Shown in pieces: positions 27,163 through 40,086 of a stretch of DNA of 64,000 nt. The stretch is taken from positions 15,637 to 79,636 of the forward strand of contig JBOGTU010000005.1 of the NCBI GenBank assembly GCA_050695655.1. Direction: 5' to 3'. Source of the stretch: Chloroflexota bacterium (lineage in GTDB: Bacteria > Chloroflexota > JAJPGV01). Numbering within the stretch: the first letter of the stretch is position 1; each line of letters opens with the position of its first letter. Under the pieces are notes generated by a model. It had not been told where the DNA came from and did not search any database. It saw only the letters and a program-made list of their open reading frames with translations. Position numbers and translations under genes: made by a program.

Positions 27163-29772
27163 GTGAAGATGCGGTATGGTCTTTTGGTAATGCCCACGGA
27201 GAGGCGCGGCGGCCCGCGGGATGAGCATGCCGTGCCGGCAGCCGGCGCGGGCGCCGAGGGGGCGTCTTCGCCCGCTGAGGGGGCGCCAGCCGCGGAACCC
27301 CGGCGACGGCGCAGGCGGGCACCCCGGGTGGAGCGGCTGCCGCCGCTGCCGGTGCTGCCCGTGCGGGACACAGTGCTTTTCCCGCACGTGGTGGTGCCTC
27401 TGTTCGTCATGCGCGATCGTTCCGTGCGCGCCATAGAGGAAGCCATGGGGCGCGACCGCGACATCATCGTGGTTGCCCAGCGGGACCCCGAGCAGGAGGA
27501 CGTGCAGCCCGGCGACCTCTACGACGTGGGTACCGAGGCGGTCATCGGCCGCATGCTGAAGATGCCCGATGGCACCACCAGCATTCTGGTGCAGGGCCAG
27601 CGGCGGGTGCGGCTGGAAGCGCCGCAGCAGTGGGAGCCGCACATTCGCGCCACCTCGGCCGTGGTGCCGACGGCGATCGAGAAGACCACCGCTGTCGAAG
27701 CGCAGATGCGCGCGGTGCTGGCCTTGTTCGAGAAGTGCGTGCAGCTCAGCCATTCCCTGCCCAACGATGCCTACGTGGCCGCCATGAACATCGACGAGCC
27801 CGGCTGGCTGGCGGACCTCATCGCCTCCACGCTGGAGCTCACGGTCGCCCAACGGCAGGACATTCTCGAGGCCTTTGAGCCCTCCCTGCGGCTCGAGCGC
27901 GTGAGCATTCTGCTGTCCAAAGAGCTGGACATCCTGGAGCTGGAGAACAAAATCCACACCCAGGTGCAGCAGGAGGTCGATCGCACCCAGCGCGAATACT
28001 TTCTGCGCGAGCAGATCAAGGCCATCCAAACCGAGCTGGGCGAGGCCGACCCCCTCACGCGGGACGTCACCGAGCTGCGCGAGCGGATCGAGTCCGCTGG
28101 CCTGCCGGACGAAGCCAAGGAGAAAGCCAGCCGCGAGCTGGATCGCCTGACGGCCATGCCGGCTATGTCGCCCGAAACGGGCATCATCCGCACCTACGTT
28201 GAATGGCTGGTCAGCCTGCCCTGGACGGCTCGCACTGAGGACCACCTCAACGTGGCTGATGCCGAACGTGTTCTGGACGAGAATCACTACGGCCTGGCCA
28301 AGGTGAAGCAGCGCATTCTGGAATACATTGCCGTACGCCAGCTGGCCCCCAACACGCGCAGCCCCATTTTGTGCTTCGTGGGGCCGCCGGGCGTGGGCAA
28401 AACCAGCCTGGGCAAGTCCATTGCGCAGGCGCTGGGCCGCAAATTCGCGCGCGTCTCCCTGGGCGGCATCCGCGACGAAGCCGAGATCCGCGGCCACCGG
28501 CGCACCTACGTGGGTGCGCTGCCCGGTCGCATTGTCCAGACCATGCGCACCGTGGGGATGATCAACCCGCTGTTCATGCTGGATGAGATCGACAAGATTG
28601 GGGCGGACTTCCGCGGCGATCCATCGTCCGCGTTGCTGGAAGTTTTGGACCCCGAGCAAAACGCCACCTTCTCGGATCACTACCTCGAAGTGCCGTATGA
28701 CCTCTCGCAGGTGCTGTTCGTGACAACCGCCAACGTGCTCGACCCGGTGGTGCCCGCCCTGCGCGACCGCATGGAAGTGATCGAGCTGCCCGGCTACATA
28801 GAGGAGGAGAAGATTCACATCGGCCGGCAATTCCTGGTGCCTCGCCAGCTGGCCGAAAACGGCTTGCAGCCCCAGAACCTGCACTTTTCAGACGCCGCGC
28901 TGCGGCGCATCATCCGCGAGTACACGCACGAAGCGGGCGTGCGCAACCTGGAACGCGAGCTCGGGTCTGTGTGCCGCAAGCTCGCGCGCGTGATTGTGGC
29001 CGGCCGCGCCGTGCCGCGACTGGTGGCGGAAAGCAGCGTCGAGAAATACCTCGGCCCGCCCAAAGTGTTCTGGGGCACCGCCGAGGAGCGCGATGAAGTG
29101 GGGGTGAGCACCGGCGTCGCCTGGACGGAGGCTGGAGGCGACCTGCTGGCCATTGAGGTCACGCTGATGGAGGGCAAGGGCAACCTGCAGCTCACCGGCC
29201 AGCTGGGCGACGTGATGCGCGAATCCGCGCAGGCGGCGCACAGCTACGTACGATCGCGCGCGCTGGAGCTGGGCATCGACGTGCCCTTCTGGGAGCAGTT
29301 GGACATGCACATCCACATCCCAGCGGGCGCCATACCCAAGGACGGCCCCTCCGCCGGCATCACCATGTGCTTGGCCATGATCTCTGCCCTCACCCGCCGG
29401 CCAGTGTCTCGGGCGGTGTGCATGACGGGCGAAATCACGCTGCGCGGTCGGGTGTTGCCGGTGGGCGGGCTCAAGGAGAAGGTGCTGGCGGCGCACCGGC
29501 AGGGCCTGCGCACCTTCATCCTGCCGCGCAAGAACGCGAAGGACCTGCAAGAGATCCCCAAGGACGTGCTGGCGCAGATGCACTTCCTGTTCGTCGACCT
29601 CATGGATGAGGTGATCGCCGCGGCGCTGCTGCCCGCCGAGCCCGCGATTACTCGCCCACGCGAGAAGAAGAGGCCGGCGGTGGCCCGTGCCAGCCATGCT
29701 GCGCTGCCTCTTGCGCCTGCCCCTGGCCCCATGCCCCAACCGGCGCCCAGCCAGGTGGGCGCGGCCAACTGA
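27163..29772 (+). CDS. lon: ATP-dependent protease Lon
   Basis: Lon N-domain ([21 protein letters not shown]), AAA+ Walker [16 protein letters not shown], proteolytic Ser-Lys dyad region [12 protein letters not shown]-terminus has an Ala/Arg-rich extension; start uncertain. Confidence 0.9.
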   Translation: MKMRYGLLVMPTERRGGPRDEHAVPAAGAGAEGASSPAEGAPAAEPRRRRRRAPRVERLPPLPVLPVRDTVLFPHVVVPLFVMRDRSVRAIEEAMGRDRDIIVVAQRDPEQEDVQPGDLYDVGTEAVIGRMLKMPDGTTSILVQGQRRVRLEAPQQWEPHIRATSAVVPTAIEKTTAVEAQMRAVLALFEKCVQLSHSLPNDAYVAAMNIDEPGWLADLIASTLELTVAQRQDILEAFEPSLRLERVSILLSKELDILELENKIHTQVQQEVDRTQREYFLREQIKAIQTELGEADPLTRDVTELRERIESAGLPDEAKEKASRELDRLTAMPAMSPETGIIRTYVEWLVSLPWTARTEDHLNVADAERVLDENHYGLAKVKQRILEYIAVRQLAPNTRSPILCFVGPPGVGKTSLGKSIAQALGRKFARVSLGGIRDEAEIRGHRRTYVGALPGRIVQTMRTVGMINPLFMLDEIDKIGADFRGDPSSALLEVLDPEQNATFSDHYLEVPYDLSQVLFVTTANVLDPVVPALRDRMEVIELPGYIEEEKIHIGRQFLVPRQLAENGLQPQNLHFSDAALRRIIREYTHEAGVRNLERELGSVCRKLARVIVAGRAVPRLVAESSVEKYLGPPKVFWGTAEERDEVGVSTGVAWTEAGGDLLAIEVTLMEGKGNLQLTGQLGDVMRESAQAAHSYVRSRALELGIDVPFWEQLDMHIHIPAGAIPKDGPSAGITMCLAMISALTRRPVSRAVCMTGEITLRGRVLPVGGLKEKVLAAHRQGLRTFILPRKNAKDLQEIPKDVLAQMHFLFVDLMDEVIAAALLPAEPAITRPREKKRPAVARASHAALPLAPAPGPMPQPAPSQVGAAN

Positions 29773-30977
29773 TGGCGCTGGTCGTTCAGAAGTACGGCGG
29801 CAGCTCGGTGAAGGATGCCGCCCGCATTGGGGCGGTGGCGCGGCGGGTGGCCGCGCGCGTGGACGCCGGCAACCAGTTGCTGGTGGTGGTATCCGCCATG
29901 GGCGACAGTACCGACGAGCTGATCGATCTGGCGCGGCAGATCACCGCCCGCCCTCAGCCGCGTGAGATGGACATGCTCATGGCCACGGGCGAAGTCATCT
30001 CCTGCGCGCTGCTGACCATGGCCCTGCACGACATGGGCTATCAGGCGGTGGCGCTCTCCGGCCCTCAGGCGGGCATCCGCACCGATGCCTTTCACACCAA
30101 GGCCAAGATATCCGCCATCGAGCCGGCCCGGGTGAGTCGTGAGCTGGGCGCGGGGCGCATCGTGGTGGTAGCGGGCTTCCAGGGCCTGACCGAGGCGGAT
30201 GACGTGGCCACGCTGGGCCGTGGCGCGTCGGACCTCACCGCGGTGGCACTAGCCGCGCGGCTGCGGGCCAGCGCCTGCGAGATCTACACCGATGTGGATG
30301 GCATTTACACCGCGGATCCACGCCTGGTGCCGGAGGCACGCAAGCTGGACAGCATTTCCTATGAAGAGATGCTGGAGATGGCGCAGCTGGGTGCGAAGGT
30401 CATGCAGCCTCGGGCGGTGGAGCTGGGGCAGATCCACCACATGCCCATCACGGTGCGCTCCAGCTACAACGATCGGGAAGGGACGGTCATCGGAGTGGAG
30501 AACGTCAACAAAGTCACAGGCATCGCGCACGATACGGATGTGGCCAAGCTCACGCTGGTGGGCGTGCCGGATCGGCCGGGTGTGGCGGCGCAGTTATTTG
30601 CGCCATTGGCCGCTGCTGCCCTGAGCATCGACACCATTGTGCAGAACGTCAGCCACGACGGTGTCACGGATATTTCGTTCACGCTGGCCGAGACGGACCT
30701 GGAGCACGCCCGATCGATCACCGAGCCTATCGCACGGGAGCTGGGCGCAGCTCGAGTCATCGCTGCCACGGATATGGCCAAAGTATCCATCGTGGGCACG
30801 GGCATCCAGAACAGCCCCGGCTACGCGGCCCGGATGTTCGCCGCAATGCACGAGGCGGGCATAAACATCGACATGATCAGCACATCCGAAATCCGCATCA
30901 CCGTGCTTATCAACCGCGCACAGGTCACACCCGCCGTGCGGGCGCTGCACCGGGCCTTCCGTCTGGATACGGCCTAA
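29772..30977 (+). CDS. lysC: aspartate kinase
   Basis: [15 protein letters not shown]..., C-terminal ACT domains. Start overlaps the lon stop (TGATG). Confidence 0.9.
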   Translation: MALVVQKYGGSSVKDAARIGAVARRVAARVDAGNQLLVVVSAMGDSTDELIDLARQITARPQPREMDMLMATGEVISCALLTMALHDMGYQAVALSGPQAGIRTDAFHTKAKISAIEPARVSRELGAGRIVVVAGFQGLTEADDVATLGRGASDLTAVALAARLRASACEIYTDVDGIYTADPRLVPEARKLDSISYEEMLEMAQLGAKVMQPRAVELGQIHHMPITVRSSYNDREGTVIGVENVNKVTGIAHDTDVAKLTLVGVPDRPGVAAQLFAPLAAAALSIDTIVQNVSHDGVTDISFTLAETDLEHARSITEPIARELGAARVIAATDMAKVSIVGTGIQNSPGYAARMFAAMHEAGINIDMISTSEIRITVLINRAQVTPAVRALHRAFRLDTA

Positions 30978-31110
30978 GGCGCATAACGGTCATACGATCC
31001 TGCTGTTTTGTAGGTTTGCGCCCGGTTCCCTGGTAGAATCGCCGCCGGGAAGAGTTGGCGGCTGCTCGTCAGCGGCGAGCGGAGCGTGGGTTTGACGGTG
31101 GAGGGTACGC

Positions 31111-32742
31111 GTGGCAACGAGGAGCGGGGAGATGATGAATCAAGGGCCGCAATCCTTCTGGCAGCGCATGCAGTTTCGCATGGCGGCCAACCTCATCGGT
31201 GTGATGGCCATTCTGCTCATCCTTTACACCGTGATCGACGGCGTGTCGCTCAAGCGCTTCATTGAAGATGTGCTGTCGCTGGCCTTTCTGGGCGTGGCAA
31301 CCTGGTTCATCGTGGCGCGGCTGGCGCAGCCTGTGCGCACGATGTCCGGCCTGGGGCGCAGGCTCAGCAACGAGGACCTGCGCCAGCTCACCAGCGAAAT
31401 GCGCCGCACTGCCAAGGGCGACCTCACTGGCAGCCTGAATTTCACCAGCGAGCCGTACAAATATCGCGCCGCGGATGAGCTGGGCGCGCTGGCCGGCGCC
31501 CTTAACGGCATGTTGGGCGAGTTGCGCGAATGTGGCGATGCCTACGCTTCCATGACCGGCGACCTGCGCGGCCTCATCCACCAGGTGATGGCCTCTTCCA
31601 AAACTGTGAAGGGCGCCAGCCAGGGCCTCACCTTGGCGACGAGCGATGCCATCCTGGCCGCCAGCAACATTTCCGCCAGGGTGAACGACGTGGCTCAGCG
31701 GTCGGCCGAGGGCCAGCGCCAGCTGGAAGACGCCTCGGTGGCGGTGCGCCAGCTCACAGCCTCCGTGAGCGCAGTGACCTCGGGCATGACTGAAATGGCC
31801 ATGTCAATCCGCCAGGTGGCCAGCAACGCCGAGGCAGTGGCACGCGCCTCCGAGGCGGCGGATCAGGCTGCGCGCAACGGTGGCCTGCGGGTAAGCCAGA
31901 CCATTGGCCGCATGAATACGTTCAAGGTGTCGTTCGCGCGCTCGACGCAGCAGATTCAGGACCTGGGCCAGCACTCAAGTGAAATTGGCAGCGTGGTGGC
32001 TACTATCAACGACATCGCCGAGCAAACCAACCTACTGGCGCTGAACGCCGCCATCGAGGCGGCCCGCGCTGGCGAGCACGGCAAGAGCTTTGGCGTGGTC
32101 GCCGCGGAGGTGCGCAAGCTGGCTGAACGCTCGTCGCGGGCGACCAAAGAGATCGAGTCGCTCGTCCTGCGCGTGCAGAGCGGCATCAGTGAGGCAGTGG
32201 CCGTGATGGAGCAGGGCGCCAAGGATGTGGACGAAAGCACGCTCGAAGCGACGAATGCCGAGACCGCGCTGGACGAGATCATCCACGCCGTGCGCGCCAC
32301 GAACAACCAGATTCAGGACATCTCGGAAGCGGCGGAGGAGATGACCGCGCAGAGTGACCTCACCCTCGACACCATCCAACAGGTGGATCGCCAAGCCACC
32401 CTCGTCGCCGAGACGGTGGATCAGGTGGCCGGCATCTCCCAGGAGACGGCCCTCAACAGCGGCGGCGTGGTGGAGCTGGCGCGGGACATGCTCCAACGCA
32501 TCGACGGCATGGCCGCATCGGTGAAGTCGCTCGTGGCGATGGCCGAGGCGCTGGACAGCGAAACCTCGCAGTTCGTGTTGGAACGCCCAGGCGTGCCCCA
32601 GCCACCCTCCGACCGCCAGGCTAATGGCGCGGGCGGCGCCATGACCGGGCTGGGCACCACCGCCAGCCCGGCTGCGTATCAGCCGCCCGCCGTCCCCAGC
32701 ACCGACCTGAGCCGCTTGCTGGAGCGCCTCAAAGCCAGCTGA
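31111..32742 (+). CDS. methyl-accepting chemotaxis protein (2 TM + HAMP + MCP signalling domain)
   Basis: HAMP (DLTGSLNFTSEPYKYRAADELGALAGALNGMLGEL) and the highly conserved MCP core TNLLALNAAIEAARAGEHGKSFGVVAAEVRKLAERS. Start may be the MMNQ at ~31132. Confidence 0.85.
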   Translation: MATRSGEMMNQGPQSFWQRMQFRMAANLIGVMAILLILYTVIDGVSLKRFIEDVLSLAFLGVATWFIVARLAQPVRTMSGLGRRLSNEDLRQLTSEMRRTAKGDLTGSLNFTSEPYKYRAADELGALAGALNGMLGELRECGDAYASMTGDLRGLIHQVMASSKTVKGASQGLTLATSDAILAASNISARVNDVAQRSAEGQRQLEDASVAVRQLTASVSAVTSGMTEMAMSIRQVASNAEAVARASEAADQAARNGGLRVSQTIGRMNTFKVSFARSTQQIQDLGQHSSEIGSVVATINDIAEQTNLLALNAAIEAARAGEHGKSFGVVAAEVRKLAERSSRATKEIESLVLRVQSGISEAVAVMEQGAKDVDESTLEATNAETALDEIIHAVRATNNQIQDISEAAEEMTAQSDLTLDTIQQVDRQATLVAETVDQVAGISQETALNSGGVVELARDMLQRIDGMAASVKSLVAMAEALDSETSQFVLERPGVPQPPSDRQANGAGGAMTGLGTTASPAAYQPPAVPSTDLSRLLERLKAS

Positions 32743-32838
32743 TCAGCAGCCAGCCAGCCGTTTGCGCCCTGCCAAGCCGCGTCCAGGACGGGAGTCGACA
32801 GAGTAGCGCGCATATCCTGCAAGCCATATAGTGCGCAC

Positions 32839-33039
32839 ATGGCCGTCCGTGCTGACCAGTACACTCATCCCGCGTCGGGCCGTTTCGTGGTGCTGACTTG
32901 CAACGTGCAGCCATCCGGCGACCTCGACGACGTCTCTGTAGCGGTCTGCCCGAGCCTGGGCGTGATCAGCCAGGGCGATAGTCTGGCAGAGGCCGAGAAT
33001 AATATACGCGAAGCCGTCTGCCTTTACCTGCGCGATTGA
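32839..33039 (+). CDS. HicB-like (UPF0150) domain protein, orphan antitoxin-like
   Basis: 66 aa. ...VAVCPSLGVISQGDSLAEAENNIREAVCLYLRD matches the HicB N-domain consensus (PGcvtqGeTleEAlenakeAielyle). No DNA-binding tail and no adjacent HicA. Confidence 0.55.
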   Translation: MAVRADQYTHPASGRFVVLTCNVQPSGDLDDVSVAVCPSLGVISQGDSLAEAENNIREAVCLYLRD

Positions 33040-33438
33040 CGCGGACGACGAACTGGACCGAGTTTTCAAAGAGAACAATCTACGCATATCGGTGGTGCCC
33101 GATGCCCGCATGGCGTTCAAGCTGCCGGCCGAGGGTGGCGGGAGCGTGCTCGCCGAAGCCTTCCCGATCTCCCGAGCCGCCTGACGGCGGGTGCGACGCC
33201 GCTACAGCAGCAAAGTGCTAGCAGCAGCGCTGACACGCCTGGGCTGCTTCCCACGCGGCAAGGCGACACAATCGGGAAAGAGTAAGGGCAGCCATCGCAA
33301 CCACGGGTCGCGCCGGACAACAGCACCGCGTGCCGCGGGTTGAGAGAGGTGAGCGCTAACGAGGCTCCAGCCAGCCCCACGGGGCAGCGGGGTATAGTAA
33401 ACCAAGGTTCTGTTGGAGGTCATCGCGCCGTGGTTGAG

Positions 33439-33954
33439 ATGCTGGTCGAGAGCGTTCGGGTCAGTCTAACCACGCAGCAGCGGGTGGTGATCCTGAAGGA
33501 TAAAGCAACTGATCGCTATCTGCTCATCTGGATCGATCCCATGGTCGCCTGGGCCATCGCCAGCGCGGTGGCGGGAGTGGCGCAAACGCGGCCGTGCACG
33601 CACGACCTGGTGAAGAGCGTGGTGGACGAGCTTGGGGCCAAGGTCACACAAATTGTCGTGAACGACATGAAGGAAGAGGTCTTCTTCGCGCGCATCGTGA
33701 TGGATATCAACGGGCGCCACGTGGAGATCGACTCCCGCCCGAGCGACGCTATCGCGGTAGCGGTGCGCACGAAGTCGCCCATCTACGTGGAGGATGCCGT
33801 GCTCAAGGCGCACGGCATCACGCCCGACACCGAGGAAGCCCCCGCCCAGGAAGCCGCCCCCACGGAGAAGCTGGACCTGGAGAAGCTGAGCGCCTTCAAG
33901 GACCTGATCAACGGCCTCGATACGCTGGACGACCTCGGCAAGCCCAAGTCGTGA
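33439..33954 (+). CDS. bifunctional nuclease family protein (DUF151/BFN domain)
   Basis: ...HVEIDSRPSDAIAVAVRTKSPIYV... is the hallmark of the DUF151 nuclease domain. C-terminal acidic/UVR-like tail. ORF track starts at 33340. Confidence 0.75.
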   Translation: MLVESVRVSLTTQQRVVILKDKATDRYLLIWIDPMVAWAIASAVAGVAQTRPCTHDLVKSVVDELGAKVTQIVVNDMKEEVFFARIVMDINGRHVEIDSRPSDAIAVAVRTKSPIYVEDAVLKAHGITPDTEEAPAQEAAPTEKLDLEKLSAFKDLINGLDTLDDLGKPKS

Positions 33955-34283
33955 GCGCGCAAGATCGGCTGGTGAAGCGCGCCATCTCGCGCTTCCGCTG
34001 CGCTCACTGTCACTGTCCGCACCTCTACGACAGGGTGGGCATCATGGCCCGCTACGACGATGTGTGGGTGGTGGGCGTGGAGTGCGCCGATTGTGAGGTG
34101 CCCGGCGTGTACGTGGTGGCAATGCACGCGCCGGCCGAGGCGCCGACGGACCTCACTCCCGCGGAGCTGGCCCGCGGCCACCGGGCGCGCGTGCGGCAGG
34201 GCGACGTGCATGCCATGCGGAGCTTTCTGAGGGAGTTCGATGGCGACTTCTCCCGCCTGTTCAACCCGCCGCCTTCCAGCTGA
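33951..34283 (+). CDS. hypothetical zinc-ribbon protein
   Basis: 110 aa. CAHCHC...CADCEV (two CxxC pairs). GTG start overlaps the BFN stop (GTGA). Its stop is 4 nt before the mnmG ATG. Only the C-terminal part of ORF 33594..34283 is used. Confidence 0.45.
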   Translation: MSAQDRLVKRAISRFRCAHCHCPHLYDRVGIMARYDDVWVVGVECADCEVPGVYVVAMHAPAEAPTDLTPAELARGHRARVRQGDVHAMRSFLREFDGDFSRLFNPPPSS

Positions 34284-34287
34284 GGCC

Positions 34288-36195
<1,908 letters not shown>

Positions 36196-36451
36196 CCCAG
36201 CCCGGGTTCGGAGTCGCCGGGCAACACAGGGAGGGTGTTCCAAGGCGTTGCACGCCAGACGTAGCGCTGCTCGGCCGCCAAAAGGGGCATCGGCGGCCCC
36301 AGCCCCGGCTGCCGGATGTTATACGTTTGCAGCACATGAAGGCACGCTTTCGCACACGTAACGCCCGCCGACCGGGAGACGTTACCGCTGACAAGTGGCA
36401 TCCCAAGGTTCAGCCGGCACAACGCACCACGCTCCCCATGCACCTGCTTTG

Positions 36452-37414
36452 GTGAGGCACTCGTTGTGCAGCCGCTGGGCCGTACTGGTTTCCGCGCTCA
36501 TGATGTGCTGTGCCCTCGCCGGCTGCGCGACGTTGGCAGCACCGTCGGCAAACCACGCTGGGAGTGCACAGGACGGTGGGCCTGGTGGCAACGCCGGCGG
36601 CGCGCCAGCCGGGGCCTTGCCGGCGCGACCCACGCCCGCGGCCACCCCCACCGCGACGGCCATTCCGCCAACGCCAACGCCGACACCTCTGCCCGCGCCA
36701 CAACTCTCACCCGCGCGCTTTTCGCTGTTCACCGTGAACCCAGAGTTCACCACCCAGGATGTATCCTTCACCGTCTCTCAGCCGGCAAGCGTGACCATCG
36801 AGATTGTGCCCACCGGTAGTCATCAACCAGTGCGCACCCTGGACCTAGGCAACCAACCAGCTGGAAAGGTGCAGGCCAGCTGGAACGGGCAGGACGATGC
36901 CGGCCAGCTCGTAGCCGCCGGCGGCTACAGCTACATCATCCACGCCACAGGGGTCGGGGGCAGCACCGCGGCCGCCAGCTATCACGATCTGGGCATCACC
37001 CACAAGCGGATGGTTGTGTCGCTCTCCAAGCAAAATCTCACCGCCTACGATGGCGACCAGCAGTACCTCACCACGCTGGTGACCACGGGCAACCCCGCGC
37101 TGCCAACGCCGACGGGCATCTTTCCCATCCTGGCCAAGTACCACCCCTTCACCTTTGTGAGCCCCTGGCCCAAGGGCAACAAGTTCTACTACGAGCCGTC
37201 ACCCGTGAGCTACGCGCTGCTGTTCGATGATTCCGGATACTACGTGCACGATTCGCCCTGGCGCACCGCCTACGGCCCTGGCACCAACGCCAAGCTCGGC
37301 ACGCCTGGCCTCAACTACACCGGCAGCCACGGCTGCGTGAACGTGCCCTTGCCTGCCGAGACCAAGCTCTTCACCTGGGCCAGCATCGGCACCATTGTTC
37401 AAGTGGTGCCGTAA
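36452..37414 (+). CDS. L,D-transpeptidase lipoprotein (YkuD domain)
   Basis: Lipobox LAGC after a signal peptide, Pro/Thr-rich linker, YkuD catalytic region ...YYVHDSPWR...GSHGCVNVP (His/Cys). Confidence 0.8.
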   Translation: MRHSLCSRWAVLVSALMMCCALAGCATLAAPSANHAGSAQDGGPGGNAGGAPAGALPARPTPAATPTATAIPPTPTPTPLPAPQLSPARFSLFTVNPEFTTQDVSFTVSQPASVTIEIVPTGSHQPVRTLDLGNQPAGKVQASWNGQDDAGQLVAAGGYSYIIHATGVGGSTAAASYHDLGITHKRMVVSLSKQNLTAYDGDQQYLTTLVTTGNPALPTPTGIFPILAKYHPFTFVSPWPKGNKFYYEPSPVSYALLFDDSGYYVHDSPWRTAYGPGTNAKLGTPGLNYTGSHGCVNVPLPAETKLFTWASIGTIVQVVP

Positions 37415-37429
37415 GGCTCCAGCGGGCGC

Positions 37430-39283
37430 CTAGGCTGGGGTCGCTGGGGGTTGGGTGGGTTCGGCACCCTCCTCGGCATGAACCTTGGCCATTTTGCGAC
37501 GGCGCCGCGGGGACCAGCCAGCCTGCTGTGTTTCCAGGTCAAGCTGGCGCTGGCGCACGTGCAGCACGTCCGCCCGGGTGCAGATGCCTATCAACCGCCC
37601 GCCCCGCAGCACGGGCAGGTGGTCCACCCTCTCCTGCAGCATGAGTTGCAGCGCGGTGGCGACCGAGTCCTCTTCGGTCACGCTCACGAGCTCTTCGCTG
37701 GCCAGCTGGGAGACAGGCGTGTCTTCGTCGAAGTTCTCCCGCAGCATGTCACCACGCGAGATCATGCCGGTTACACCACCCTGGTCGTTCAGGACTGGAT
37801 AGGCGCCGTGGTGCGAGGTGGCGAACTCACGCCGCGCCTGGGCCACGGTGGCTGTGCCAGGCAGGGTGCACACGTCGCTTGTCATCACCTGGCGCACGGG
37901 CGTGCTCTCCATAAAGTCCATGTGGTACTCGGCCAGCACGTGCAGGCCGCGCCGCGCCAGCTTATCGGTCATGATTGATTCCGGCAGATATGTGCGGGCG
38001 ATGAGGTCCGCGATGATGGTGGCCAGCATGAGCGGCAGGATGATCTGGTAATCGTGTGTGAGCTCAAAGATGAAGACTATGGCCGTGAACGGGCAACGCG
38101 CGGCCGCCCCGAACAGCGCGGCCATACCGACCACGGCAAACGCCCCCGGGGCTAACGCCAGCCCTGGGATCACCGCCTTAAGGCCGTAGCCCACGAGACT
38201 GCCAAACGACCCGCCAATGAGGAGCAGTGGGGCCAGCGTGCCGCCGGAGGTTCCTGAGGCGAGGGCAATCCACCACGCCACGAGCTTGGCCACGGCCAGC
38301 CCCGGGATCAGGTGGAAGGGCACCTTATCGGCCAGCACGGCGCCGATCTGATCGTACCCGACGCTCAGGGCGCGCGGCATGATGTAGCCAACCACGGCAA
38401 ACCCCACCGCGCCGATGACCGGGTGCCAGAACTCGGACACGGGAAGCTTGCGGAAGCCGTCTTCCACGGCGAAGAGCCCGCGGCACACGACGATGGCCAG
38501 CAGCCCGATAACGACGCCCAGCAGAGCAAAGTACGGCAGATTAGAGAGGCCCGCATAGCTGTGCGGCGGCACCGGGAAGAGCGCACCCGGCCCAAACGCC
38601 AGGTAGTGCACGCCCGCCGCGATGGACGAGGCGATCACCAGCGGCACCAGCGCCCGAGCGGAGTATTCGAACATGAGCAGCTCGATAGCCAGCATCACCG
38701 AGGCGAGGGGCGCGCCAAACGTGGCGGACATACCCGCCGCCGCTCCGGACGCCAGCAGGATCTTGCGCTCGGAAGGCGAGACCTTGAGCACCTGGCCGAT
38801 GAGCGAGCCGATAGCGCCGCCGGTGACGATGATGGGCCCCTCGGCGCCAAACGGGCCACCCGTGCCAATGGCGACGGCCGCGGAAAGCGGTTTGGCGAGC
38901 GCGGCGCGCGGCGAGATGCGGCTCTGATTAGTGAGGATGGCCTCCATGGCCTCGGGTAGGCCGTGGCCTTTGATGACCGGCGACCATTTGGCCAGGAAGG
39001 AGACGAACAAGCCGCCGAGCGACGCCGCGATGATCAGGCCTGGCCCAAAGTGCGCATTGGAGAACGAGGGCAGCGTGCGGGCCCACTGCAAGCCCACCCG
39101 GTGAAAGAGCGTCGCGTTGGTAATGAACGCGATGAGGTGGATCAGCACAAAGGCGGCGGCGCCGCCGACCAGCCCCAGCACCACCGCCAGAACCGAAAGA
39201 AAAACCAGCCGCCGCGGGGTGGTGCGGCCCACTCCTATCCCATGGCTCTCGCGGCGTACGCCGGCTTCCGGATCAGAGACCAC
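37430..39283 (-). CDS. ClC family H+/Cl- antiporter/chloride channel with C-terminal CBS pair (second copy)
   Basis: GGPFGAEGPIIVTGGAIGSLIG (GxEGP) and GSGGTLAPLLLIGGSFGSLVG. C-terminal CBS pair (VMTSDVCTL...). Confidence 0.8.
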   Translation of the reverse strand: MVSDPEAGVRRESHGIGVGRTTPRRLVFLSVLAVVLGLVGGAAAFVLIHLIAFITNATLFHRVGLQWARTLPSFSNAHFGPGLIIAASLGGLFVSFLAKWSPVIKGHGLPEAMEAILTNQSRISPRAALAKPLSAAVAIGTGGPFGAEGPIIVTGGAIGSLIGQVLKVSPSERKILLASGAAAGMSATFGAPLASVMLAIELLMFEYSARALVPLVIASSIAAGVHYLAFGPGALFPVPPHSYAGLSNLPYFALLGVVIGLLAIVVCRGLFAVEDGFRKLPVSEFWHPVIGAVGFAVVGYIMPRALSVGYDQIGAVLADKVPFHLIPGLAVAKLVAWWIALASGTSGGTLAPLLLIGGSFGSLVGYGLKAVIPGLALAPGAFAVVGMAALFGAAARCPFTAIVFIFELTHDYQIILPLMLATIIADLIARTYLPESIMTDKLARRGLHVLAEYHMDFMESTPVRQVMTSDVCTLPGTATVAQARREFATSHHGAYPVLNDQGGVTGMISRGDMLRENFDEDTPVSQLASEELVSVTEEDSVATALQLMLQERVDHLPVLRGGRLIGICTRADVLHVRQRQLDLETQQAGWSPRRRRKMAKVHAEEGAEPTQPPATPA

Positions 39284-39571
39284 GGACGGCCGATGCTGCG
39301 CCCACCCGGGCAGACTGCCTCTCTCTATCTCATCCTCCTCGCTCTGCTACTGGAAGCCTGCTCCAAAACGCCATGGGCGGCTGTCGACCAGCGATCGCAG
39401 AGATGAACTCGAAGTGAACCGACGCCCCGCGCGGAACCGCGCCACGCCTGCCGCGGCAAAGCCCCAGCATGTAGGCCTGCACCCCGCGGCGCACCCGGCA
39501 TCACAGCTGTTGCCGCCTATTATCGCTCCACGAGAGTTTGGTTGCCAGCAAGACCGTACACTTGGCACGCC

Positions 39572-40027
39572 ATGCGCGTTGCAGACGTGATGTCCCGCCC
39601 GGCTATCGTGGTGCCGCTGGATGCCCCAGTGCAGCACGTGGCCCGGCAGATGGTGGGCAGCCAGGCGCATGCCGTGGTGGTAACGGATGCACAGGGCGTG
39701 CTCCGGGGCATCGTCTCGGAATCGGATCTCATCGTCCGCAACGCAAAGCTGCACTTCCCGACCTATCTGGGCATCCTGGAGAGCCTCATTCCTATAGGCG
39801 GCGACCGGGACCTGGACGATGAGCTGCGCCGCCTGCTTGGGGCCACAGCCGGCGAGATCATGACCAGCGATCCCTACACGGCTGCCCCGGGCGACGACCT
39901 CGGCGAGGTAGTGCACGAGATGCTGCACAAGGGTTACCACGCGGTACCCGTGGTCGAGCAGCAGCGCGTGGTGGGCATGCTCTTCCCTTCGGACGTGGTG
40001 AAGCTCATTGCCCGCGACGAAGGCTAG
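39572..40027 (+). CDS. stand-alone CBS-pair domain protein
   Basis: Two CBS motifs (VADVMSRPAIVVP... and EIMTSDPYTAAP...HAVPVVEQQRVVGMLFPSDV). Divergent from the ClC gene. Confidence 0.7.
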   Translation: MRVADVMSRPAIVVPLDAPVQHVARQMVGSQAHAVVVTDAQGVLRGIVSESDLIVRNAKLHFPTYLGILESLIPIGGDRDLDDELRRLLGATAGEIMTSDPYTAAPGDDLGEVVHEMLHKGYHAVPVVEQQRVVGMLFPSDVVKLIARDEG

Positions 40028-40086
40028 TCGCGGCGTCTTACGAGCCGGCGCTCGTTCATGCGGCCGCCAAGCGGAGCCATCCAGCT

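Noticed and set aside
26968-28884. 638-aa minus-strand ORF
   Set aside because: Antisense to lon, whose identity is unambiguous.
33594-34283. 229-aa ORF as a single gene
   Set aside because: Its N-terminal two-thirds overlap the DUF151 nuclease gene out of frame. Only the last 110 aa (zinc-ribbon protein from GTG 33951) are retained.
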